From Ancylonema sp. (Eukaryota), in contig JBFLGF010000140.1 of assembly GCA_050230475.1 (NCBI GenBank), positions 1-64,000 on the forward strand: a stretch of 64,000 nt of DNA. The letters are read 5' to 3'. The translations under genes and the position numbers were made by a program. Below the pieces are notes generated by a model. It was given only the letters and a program-made list of their open reading frames with translations. It searched no databases and was not told the origin of the DNA. Positions 41,872 through 52,913 of the stretch are shown piece by piece (the stretch's first letter is position 1; each line of letters opens with the position of its first letter).

Positions 41872-44800
41872 CGACAACGCTTGTCGAACATGCGTTATAT
41901 GTTCTTCTTCGGATTTAGAGTATATTAGAATATCATCCAGATATACTAATACAAACTTTCCGAGTAACGGACGAAAAATGTCATTCATCGTCGCTTGAAA
42001 GGTTGCGGGGGCGTCAGTCAATCCGAAAGGCAACGCTTTGAACTCACAATGACCCCTCGGCGTTCTAAACGCGGTCTTTGGACAATCTCCGGGCGTAATC
42101 CAAATTTGATGATATCCCTGAGCCAAATCTAATGCCGTAAATACCTTCGCGCCAGTCAATTGATCCAACAAATCATCGATACGTGGCAATACATATCGGT
42201 TTTTGACGGATTGTTTGTTAAGTGCTCGAAAATCGATACACATTCGCAAACTCCCCCCTTTCTTTGACACAAACAAAATCGGTTGACCGTACGGCGAAGA
42301 ACTCGGGGTTAGTCCACCCTTTCGCTAAGTACTCAGTGATTTGTTTCTTTGCCTCTTCCTGCTCAAGAGGACTTAACTGATACATCGGTCGAAAAATAGG
42401 TTTTGCACCCGGTTCCAATGGAATCGTGTGCCGGTTCCCCGATCGGGTGGAAGTCCGTCCGGAAGATCATCCGGAAAGACATCGACAAACTCGTCGAGTA
42501 ACTCCACCATTTGAGTTGGGATGCCTGGCATCGCCTGGCATCTTCTCCTCAATTTGCAAAGGCCACTCTTCAGTATCCGCTAACTCTTCCTCAAGAGTTT
42601 TCGAGCGTAACTGCACAAAGAATGCCTGAGCCCCTTTCCAGTTGCATCGATGATAATAAAGAAAGGAGAGACTGGATTTTCTTTTTGTTGCTGACTTGCA
42701 AACAATGTGATAAAGCGCAATCCTTTGTTTATTCGACATGTTTTGGTTCCAAAGTCTAAAATAGCATTATGTCGATTCATCCATTCCAATCCAAGAATGG
42801 AGTCAATATACGGTGCTAACTTGAGCACATTGAAAATGACTTTGCCATGAAGGCTCCCAATTTCATGTGAATATTGACTTTCCCCAATATTTCACTTTCA
42901 CTACCATCGCCCAAAGTGACACTCACTTTGTTACTGGTCTCGATGGCAATATTGTATAGGCGTACAAATTCCGCATTAATGAAGTTCTCGCTAGCAAGGG
43001 TATCCAACGATATCGATATCGGGATCCCTACAACTTGCGCCTCAAATGACAAGTTGTTGTCATGTGTTGAAAATGCAGCCATTGTGACATTTGTACTACT
43101 CACCATTAAACAAAAAAAATCAGAGCAGTCAACGACGGAAATCCCTGACGTATGCATGTGATTGACGTTTTCATGTTTATGGATTTGTTTGTAGACTGTA
43201 AATGGCACCGGCCATGTATGTGACTCACATTTGAGCTTCATGACAATGCATTTGAATTAATTCACTAACGTGTGAAAATATTGTATGCAGTCATCGAGTA
43301 CCTTACCACTTGGTAGGCACAAATACACATCGCATGGCAAACCGACACATGAAAAGAATTCCATCGGAATCATGACATTTTATTTGTATTCCATTGCAAT
43401 AAAATCTTTATCATTTTCCAAACAAACAATTATTCGGAGACTCTCCCCACAAATTGCTGCCAAATCATTTTTATTGACGATAACAAATTTTGTCAAATCC
43501 GGCTCACTCCGCGACTCCAAGTCGGAACGAGCTATCCTTTTACCACACGGCTATAGGATTTCTTTCCATCGTTGTCATCACCGTTGTCTTTAATTACTAC
43601 ACAAGTAAGACAATCACGAGCCACGTGTCCAGAATTCTGACACGTGAAACATTTCCCGTCAGTATATAGTGCCATCCTAGCCTGATTGCTAAGCTTGGCC
43701 CTACCCGGGTCCTGTTTTGGGCCGTGGCCTTTGGCTTGCCCGTGGTTTTGGCCCTGGCCGTGGGCCTTGCCTTGGTGCTGGCCCTGGCCCTGGAAGCGGG
43801 AAGAACTCCCTCCCTTCTCGGCGCTGCCAAACGTCGTCCCCTTCTGTACTGGGATTGAGGATCCACCTCCACAACGCTCCAAGGCATCGGCCTTGCGCTT
43901 TTTCATGAGCTAGGTGAACGGCAGTTCACGTTCCTCCGCAGAGTTCGGAATCATGATCCGCAACTTTTGCTCGTCGTCGTCCTCCTTCACAGCGAACGCC
44001 ATGAGTTCCTAGAGGCTGGTTCACGACCCACCCTTCCCTGGTCCCCTGCGCTTCACCGCTGTGAACAACTCGAGGTTCATGATGTCTAGCAGATGCTGGA
44101 TCTGCGCATCACGCGATGGACGAATCCCGAGATCTTGGGCGAGAGGTGCAGCTTCATCTCCACCGGGAGAGGTCACAGCGGGCCACTCTGCTTCAGCGCC
44201 CAATAGATGAGTGTAGATTGCTCCGACAGGTCCGTACTAACAAGTCAGGTCCCCCTACAGGTCTGTCATAATCAGACGCATGCCCGTCTCCTCCGTGAAG
44301 CCCATGTCGACGATCAATTCCCTTGAAATCCTGGAACCAGTCGCGAAATTGAAATGCGAATTTTCCGTTCGCATCCGACATGGGAAGCGCAGAAAAATTT
44401 GTCAATGCCTTGAAATACAGGTCCCTGTTTTGTTTTGATCCCACAAATCGCAACAATTTCGAACGCCCTTGCGTGATAAGACGCTCGCTAGAGATTTCTA
44501 CAGTCTCGATCGTAGCGGGGCGGACTTTTGCTTGTCCCAATTCGCGCCCCTGTACATTTAGCTGTACAACGAGCCCGGCGACCTTCTCGCGCTGGTCTTG
44601 GAGCGCCTTCTCGGCTTGCCGCAACAACTCTTCTTCGTTGGAGAGCTTCCCACGATTCTCGTAGTAGGTTCGCAGTCCGCCAAGCGCGTCGATTGGCGCG
44701 CTGACGCCGTGAGCAGAGGCAGTAGCAGGAATTGCTGGCTGGACGACTGCAGCGTGGGGAAGCGGGGCGGAAATATCTTGCGGTGAAATTTCGCGGGGCA

Positions 44801-45230
44801 CAAACTATCACAGGCGCCGGACGCTTGGGAGTACCTCCCATCGGAGATCCGCTAACCATAGGCATTGGAGACTTCCTTGGCGAAGTGAGTGCAACCTGCT
44901 GAATAGCCGAATGCATTGCAGATCTAGCCACAGTCTCAACTACTAGAGGGGCGGATGTCGTCTCACCGCGGGGCGCATTCGCCGGAGGCACATTCAAAGA
45001 CATTTATTGATATGTTTTGATAAAAGCTACAAGTGTTGTTTCGAAACTCATGCACAGTGCTATAGTGCCGAAAAATGTGCCAAGATCTGAATCCTGCTCT
45101 GATACCAATGTAATGTATCGCTATATAAATAACGTTATTTGCGAATAACAAACACATATGACTTGAACGTAATCGACACGCTGTGTCCGCAGTCTGCACC
45201 AGCTAGAGCTTGTTCAACAATTGAATGAGT
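41871..45230 (-). mobile_element. Gypsy family B copy 1: LTR 3' end, PBS, gag, protease, partial RT; truncated
   Basis: LTR piece 45109-45230, PBS TGGTATCAGAGC (45096-45107), CCHC CFTCQNSGHVARDC, LDTLAS protease, RT (CIDFRALN, LDLAQGY, YLDD). Confidence 0.9.
45096..45107 (-). promoter_or_regulatory. Primer-binding site complementary to initiator tRNA-Met (second copy at 51284-51295)
   Basis: TGGTATCAGAGC 1 nt after the LTR terminus ...CATTACA. Confidence 0.9.
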
Positions 45231-48019
45231 TGTAGATTTTGGTGATGATGAGTGGTATTATCCGCAACAAATGATACGTCTCTCACGATGGATCAAGCGT
45301 ATGCCAATTTGTCTCTTGGAATAGTTATTGTAAAAGTGTCATCGTCGGGAGTAAAGTATCCCAACGATCGTACAACGGACAAATTAGCTCGGACACTTTT
45401 CTATAGCCGACGGTCGGCACTCTGACCGTTGGCCAATCACAAACTAGCGTCACATCAAAGATCCACGGCAACTTGCCGGACTGAACTGACACCAATCATT
45501 CTAGCCGATGGATTGATGACACCGCCCTAGAGTCGTTCTGACACTAACGACAACTAGATACTGACACGCAGCCGTACAATTGTGCGGATGCGCCATACGC
45601 GGACGGATACCCGGGTATAGCATTCCCGGCACCGTGTCCTAAAAGACTCTAAGGCAATTAGTTGGACAAGGCAAATTTTTTATTAATGTGCCTATCCGAA
45701 CTCAATTCCTAACACACCCCCTCGGATGCACAGCCTTGTTTGGCATTTTCTAGTGCAAAGGAGGACTACCCTACAATGTAGCCGGGTAGTTTTGGTCTTA
45801 GTCAAATATCAAAACTAGGGGCTCCTACTTACGTCATCCCAATTCATCCACGCTTGAACTCAAAACGCTCCCGCTCCTCGTCGTTTTTCGGGCCGAAGCC
45901 CTGAACATACAAACAAAAAAAACAAGTTAGTCGACAAGCAAAAACATAAAAGTTCATTTTTCACTTTCCAATTTTGAGTCAGAAAATTCAAACTTGCATA
46001 TCTTCTTGAAAAAAAAACAAAACAATCTCAGACTTTGAAACAATACTAAAAAAGGCAATAGAAACATATATGCCAAAATTCAGTTTCAAACAAGTTCATA
46101 TGCTTAAATTCAATTTTCAGAGTTCAACTTTTTTACATTTTTCTGCAGTTGAAACACTTTAGAGGTTGAGAGTTGGAAGGGACTCAGCTTTGAAAACATT
46201 AGTAGTCCTCCACTCTGCATCACACAAATCACCCCTTGCGAGACTACGCAGTGGATCCGAAAACTCCACTCAGAGTAGCACCCCCTGTTTATTGGGGCCT
46301 TATCCAAACTAACTTTCTGGCAGCAAAACTGTCTGCCCAGAGACCCTGGTCCAGTAAAAACATCACTACTGCCAGATCTGTGATTCAAATAAATCGACCC
46401 TGCTAGACCTTTGCGATGCGGATTTTCCCCTATCCTCTCCAAATACCTCCAAACTTTTTAACAAGCTTCTCAAGACTACCAGTCATGCTACTGGCTTGAC
46501 TACGTGTCAAAATACCAAATATCCAGCCCAAGATAATTATTGGCGTGGGGTACTCGCAGTCTGGCGGACTCTCTAAATCTGCTACCTTGTCAGCCTTTTT
46601 CTATCCTAGTTAGATAACTAGGCCAGCCATGGCCCCTATCACACCCTAACTGTCTTACAAAACTCCCACACCTCCTTGAAAACCTACCCCCTGGACCATG
46701 ACATCCCATAATATCAGGCAGGGCGCAGGGTTGGAAGGGTGTTTGGTAGTTTGTTAAGACGTTTCCCCATATCCTGGACTTATACTCTTCCACTAAGTCA
46801 CGCCCTTTGACACCCCCTGAGTCCTGGCTACTTCTTAGCAACTCAGCTATCAACTCTAAGCCAGTTGACTTCAGGTTCACGGGGTCGAGGGTTGGAAGGG
46901 TAGGTGGGGGGTCTGAAAGTTCCTTTTCAGAGTTAAGGATGGGCGTTACTTCAGATAGCCCCTTTCCAGGCATACCCATGACCATATTAGCATGCACCCC
47001 TTTGTTCCCCACTACGCTTCTACTCGCGCACTCTGCTGCCCCCCCCATATTGCTCCCGCGCCTCGCACGAACCACCTTCTCATTCCTCACTACTCTCCCT
47101 GGCATTACGAGCAGACCACACTCATGCCTCTTAACATCAGCAAATTTCTGCCCACTCCAAAAGAGACTAGGCACCCCGTTCTCACTCAGCATGAATCCTA
47201 TCCTAGCACGATCGTTGAGACAGATCATGCTCACCAAGTTCTGGCCGATATTTGGCACGTGCAGCGCCTAGAGGTGGACTTGACGCAACGATGCTCCGTT
47301 CTGAAATGCCACCTTCACTAGCCCCACCCCTACCACCGGGTGTATCCTCCCATCTGCCGTGCGGACCTGCGTCTTGTCGGCAGGCACCTTGGTAGAGTAT
47401 CTCTCGAAGTGCTCTCGAGTGGGAAATACATGGTCTGTCGCCCCTGAATCCAAGATTAGATCTCCCCTCACCCCATTGCCGCCATCGGATTTCACATTTT
47501 CACCCATCGTAAATGCACTCATCACACAACTTCCTCTTCCCACATCTAAAGCTTGACTAGCAAGGTCACCCTCAGCAGCCAATCTCGCCGCAACCTTTGC
47601 ATAGATCGCATGCTCATCTTTCTTCCTCTCACACATATCTTCACTGCGGCCCCACCCCTGGCAATAGGTACAGGTTGGCTTCCTCCCGTGTGCTTGTTGC
47701 TGCCTTCCGCCATGATGTTGCTGATCTCCATACTGCTGATGGCCTCGATACTGTTGATGTTCCCCATACTAGTCTTGCTGGCCTTCATGGCCTCCATATT
47801 GCTGATGGCCCCCATACTGGTCCTGCTGGCCGCAATACTGCTGACCTCCACCTTGTTGTCTGGGTGGGTCTCGACACTCGAACTTCAGGTGGCCGGCACG
47901 TCCGCAGTTGTGGCACTTCTTTGGCCCTTGCTGCTGGATCCCCGCAGGGCAGTTCACTCGCAGATGCCCGTACTGCTGGCAGCCGTGGCAGTGGATGCCG
48001 CGAAGGTCTCGTACGCCGT
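45231..48019 (-). mobile_element. Ty1/Copia element C, 3' portion: gag knuckles, protease, decayed RT remnant, PPT, 3' LTR (45231-45714)
   Basis: Two CCHC knuckles (CHGCQQYGHLRVNC, CHNCGRAGHLKFEC); Copia-type protease ILDSGATDH..VRTADG..GVG..LHVPNIGQNLVS; PPT GAGGGGGTG abutting the LTR TGTTAGG...CTACA; TGAGT flank at 45226-45230. No integrase seen. Confidence 0.85.
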
Positions 48020-51000
48020 CTCGGACCATCGTGCTTGCCGCCTTGACAACTCAGTTTTGGTACTTAAGAAGACATTCGGATTATGATCGGTTACGACCAC
48101 AAAAGAATGGGCACCTTCCAAATAGCACCGCTTCCGCAAAGAGTGCACCGTAGCGAGCAACTCTTGCCGGAATAGGCCAATCCGGGATGACACTTAACTT
48201 TTGAGCATCAGGTTGAATACCTTCGGGCCCAACCTCATGCCCTATGTAAAGAAGTTTTTCGTGCATAAACGTGCACTTCTTCTTTTTATCATAGAACTTA
48301 TATTTTCGCGATGTCGACAACGCTTGTCGAACATGCTTTATATGTTCTTCTTCGGTTTTAGAGTATATTAGAATATCATCCAGATATACTGATACAAACT
48401 TTCCGAGTAACGGACGAAAAATGTCATTCATCGTCGCTTGAAAGGTTGCGGGGGCGTCAGTCAATCCGAAAGGCAACGCTTTGAACTCACAATGACCCCT
48501 CGGCGTTCTAAACGCGGTCTTTGGACAATCTCCGGGCGTAATCCAAATTTGATGATATCCCTGAGCCAAATCTAATGCCGTAAATACCTTCGCGCCAGTC
48601 AATTGATCCAACAAATCATCGATACGTGGCAATACATATCGGTTTTTGACGGATTGTTTGTTAAGTGCTCGAAAATCGATACACATTCGCAAACTCCCCC
48701 CTTTCTTTGACACAAACAAAATCGGTTGACCGTACGGCGAAGAACTCGGGGTAGTCCACCCTTTCGCTAAGTACTCAGTGATTTGTTTCTTTGCCTCTTC
48801 CTGCTCAAGAGGACTTAACTGATACATCGGTCGAAAAATAGGTTTTGCACCCGGTTCCAATGGAATCGTGTGCTCGGTTCCCCGATCGGGTGGAAGTCCG
48901 TCCGGAAGATCATCCGGAAAGACATCGACAAACTCGTCGAGTAACTCCACCATTTGAGTTGGGATGCCTGGCATCATCATTTCCTCAGTTTGCAAAGGCC
49001 ACTCTTCAATATCCGCTAACTCTTCCTCAAGAGTTTTCGAGCGTAACTGAACAAAGAAAGCGTCATCTCCTTTCCTTGATGCCTTGGAAAGTTGCATCGA
49101 TGATAATAATGGAGAGACTGGCTTTTCTTTTTGTTGCTTACTTGCAAACAAAGTGATAAAGCGCAATCCTTTGTTTATTCGACATGTTTTTGTTCCTAAG
49201 TCTAAAATAGCATTATGTCGATTCATCCATTCCAATCCAAGAATGGAGTCAATATACGGTGCTAACTTGAGCACATTGAAAATGACTTTGCCATGATAGG
49301 CTCCCAATTTCATGTGAATATTTACTTTCCCCAATATATCACTTTCATTACCATCGCCCAAAGTGACACTCACTTTGTTACTGGTCTCGATGGCAATATT
49401 GTATAGGCGTACAAATTCCGCATTAATGAAGTTCTCGCTAGCAAGGGTATCCAACGATATCGATATCGGGATCCCTACAACTTGCGCCTCAAATGACAAG
49501 TTGTTGTCATGTGTTGAAAATGCAGCCATTGTGACATTTGTACTACTCACCATTAAACAAAAAAAATCAGAGCAGTCAACGACGGAAATCCCTGATGTAT
49601 GCATGTGATTGACGTTTTCATGTTTATGGATTTGCTTGTAGACTGTAAATGGCACCGGCCATGTATGCGACTCACACTTGAGCTTCATGACAACGCATTT
49701 TAATTTATTCACTAACTTGTGAAAATATTGTATGCAATCATCGAGTACCTTACCACTTGGTAGGCACAAATACACATCGCATGGCAAATCGACACATGAA
49801 AAGAATTCCATAGGAGTCATGACATTGCATTTGTATTCCATTGCAATAAAATCTTTATGATTTTCCAAACAAACAATTATTGGGAGACTCTCCCCACAAA
49901 TTGCTGCCAAATCATTTTTATCGACGATAACAAATTTTGTCAAATTCGGCTCACTCCGCGACTCCAAGTCGGAACGAGCTATCCTTTTACCCTAACCCCC
50001 CCCATTCTCGGCGCTGCCAAACGTCGTCCCCTTCTTTAGTGGGATTGAGGATCACCTCCAGTTGCTCCAAGGCATCGGCCTTGCGCTTCTTTATGAGTTG
50101 TGTAAACGGCAGCTCGCGATCCTTCGCACAACTCGGAATCATGATCCGCAACTTTTGCTGGTCGTCGTCCTCCTTCACAGCGAACGCCATGAGTTCCTAG
50201 AGGCTGGTTCACGACCCACCCTTCCCTGGTCCCCTGCGCTTCACCGCTGTGAACAACTCGAGGTTCATGATGTCTAGCAGATGCTGGATCTGCGCATCAC
50301 GCGATGGACGAATCCCGAGATCTTGGGCGAGAGGTGCAGCTTCATCTCCACCGGGAGAGGTCACAGCGGGCCACTCTGCTTCAGCGCCCAATAGATGAGT
50401 GTAGATTGCTCCGACAGGTCCGTACTAACAAGTCAGGTCCCCCTACAGGTCTGTCATAATCAGACGCATGCCCGTCTCCTCCGTGAAGCCCATGTCGACG
50501 ATCAATTCCCTTGAAATCCTGGAACCAGTCGCGAAATTGAAATGCGAATTTTCCGTTCGCATCCGACATGGGAAGCGCAGAAAAATTTGTCAATGCCTTG
50601 AAATACAGGTCCCTGTTTTGTTTTGATCCCACAAATCGCAACAATTTCGAACGCCCTTGCGTGATAAGACGCTCGCTAGAGATTTCTACAGTCTCGATCG
50701 TAGCGGGGCGGACTTTTGCTTGTCCCAATTCGCGCCCCTGTACATTTAGCTGTACAACGAGCCCGGCGACCTTCTCGCGCTGGTCTTGGAGCGCCTTCTC
50801 GGCTTGCCGCAACAACTCTTCTTCGTTGGAGAGCTTCCCACGATTCTCGTAGTAGGTTCGCAGTCCGCCAAGCGCGTCGATTGGCGCGCTGACGCCGTGA
50901 GCAGAGGCAGTAGCAGGAATTGCTGGCTGGACGACTGCAGCGTGGGGAAGCGGGGCGGAAATATCTTGCGGTGAAATTTCGCGGGGCACAAACTATCACA

Positions 51001-52377
51001 GGCGCCGGACGCTTGGGAGTACCTCCCATCGGAGATCCGCTAACCATAGGCATTGGAGACTTCCTTGGCGAAGTGAGTGCAACCTGCTGAATAGCCGAAT
51101 GCATTGCAGATCTAGCCACAGTCTCAACTACTAGAGGGGCGGATGTCGTCTCACCGCGGGGCGCATTCGCCGGAGGCACATTCAAAGACATTTATTGATA
51201 TGTTTTGATAAAAGCTACAAGTGTTGTTTCGAAACTCATGCACAGTGCTATAGTGCCGAAAAATGTGCCAAGATCTGAATCCTGCTCTGATACCAATGTA
51301 ATGTATCGCTATATAAATAACGTTATTTGCGAATAACAAACACATATGACTTGAACGTAATCGACACGCTGTGTCCGCAGTCTGCACCAGCTAGAGCTTG
51401 TTCAACAATTGAATGAGTTGTAGATTTTGGTGATGATGAGTGGTATTATCCGCAACAAATGATACGTCTCGCACGATGGATCAAGCGTATGCCAATTTGT
51501 CTCTTGGAATAGTTATTGTAAAAGTGTCATCGTCGGGAGTAAAGTATCCCAACGATCGTACAACGGACAAATTAGCTCGGACACTTTTCTATAGCCGACG
51601 GTCGGCACTCTGACCGTTGGCCAATCACAAACTAGCGTCACATCAAAGATCCACGGCAACTTGCCGGACTGAACTGACACCAATCATTCTAGCCGATGGA
51701 TTGATGACACCGCCCTAGAGTCGTTCTGACACTAACGACAACTAGATACTGACACGCAGCCGTACAATTGTGGACGCGCCATACGCGGTCGGATACCCGG
51801 TTATAGCATTCCCGGCACCGTGTCCTAAAAGACTCTAAGCCAATTAGCCGGACAAGGCAAACAAGTTATTAATGTGCCTATCCGAACTCAATTCCTAACA
51901 TGAGTGAATGCTCTGCAGGCTGCGGCGTGTATGTTTGAAGGCGGAGCTCACGATCGAATCGTGCACAAGCTTATGTTCGGTTGAGGGAAAGCTCCTTCAG
52001 CTGACGGCGGTTCGCCTAGGCCACTAGAAAGCTCTACGAGCTCAACCTGTCGATGCGGGATGCAATCCGCAAACGACGGTTGACTTGCGTCATGTACGGC
52101 TGAATCCGTACAAACGGACGGAGACTTTGACCCGTCAAAGGACCCGTCGAAATAATAGACAGTTACCGGCACCATGCGGGGGCGGTAATATCTAATATTA
52201 AACAAGTATTAATTGGCGCAACCTTGCGCCAAGTATGCCAAGTATTAATAATACTTAGGCGGGGCGCAGGCCGCGCCCCTCTCTATAAGCAACTCTGCTT
52301 ATAAGCGCAATCGATAATTAACTTAACTAATCGACAAAACAAGATTAATGCACAAACGTGCACGTCAATCCGTTACA
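48020..52377 (-). mobile_element. Gypsy family B copy 2: 5' LTR (51297-52377, interrupted), PBS, gag, protease, RT, RNase H fragment
   Basis: 628-aa ORF 48081-49967 with protease and RT; ELLATVH/VVTDHNP/RQARW RNase H motifs; LTR starts TGTAACGG at 52377. Confidence 0.92.
51419..51900 (-). mobile_element. Copia family C LTR inserted in the family B LTR, with TSD TGAGT
   Basis: TG...CA termini; TGAGT at 51414-51418 and 51901-51905; the uninterrupted B LTR near 61477 has a single copy (ACTCA). Confidence 0.9.
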
Positions 52378-52913
52378 CTCCCCCATTTCCCCCCTCCCCC
52401 CCTCTTCTCCCCTCCCCCCCCCCCCAACCCCAGCCTCAGCCTCAGGCGGATGCGTATTTTTCGTACTCAACCCCACTCATGGGTACTCCCCTTCCCCAGG
52501 TGCCCCAGGAACCCTAGATACCCCTTACAGTTACCCAACACTAGCATCGGCAGCAGGGATGATGCAGGTCAGTACTCACTGTCTACTCGCCAGTAGATAG
52601 TTGATAGGAGCCTGTAGGTAATATATCGTTTACCTCTGCAGTATCTAGTTACAAGTATTCAGTATTTAGTATTTGGTTTCCAGAATGCAATACAAATAAT
52701 GCAAGAGACTAGGAAGTGATCCCTCTCCCCTCCCCAGTAGAGGGCAGTATTCTGTCCAAACATGTATCTTTGATCCCCCCTCCAATTCCAGCTGCCCCTT
52801 GAGCAAGAGCAAGAGCGAGAGAAATTTGTGGTAGACCCAATAAAATAGCACTTTCTAGATACCCCCTCATATGATATGGTATAAATACTCCACCTAGTAG
52901 TATCCTTTGCCCT

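Noticed and set aside
45109..45714. A single 606-bp LTR shared by tandem elements
   Set aside because: It resolves into a family B LTR end plus a separate Copia LTR, as shown by the TGAGT duplication and the uninterrupted LTR at 61007-61606.
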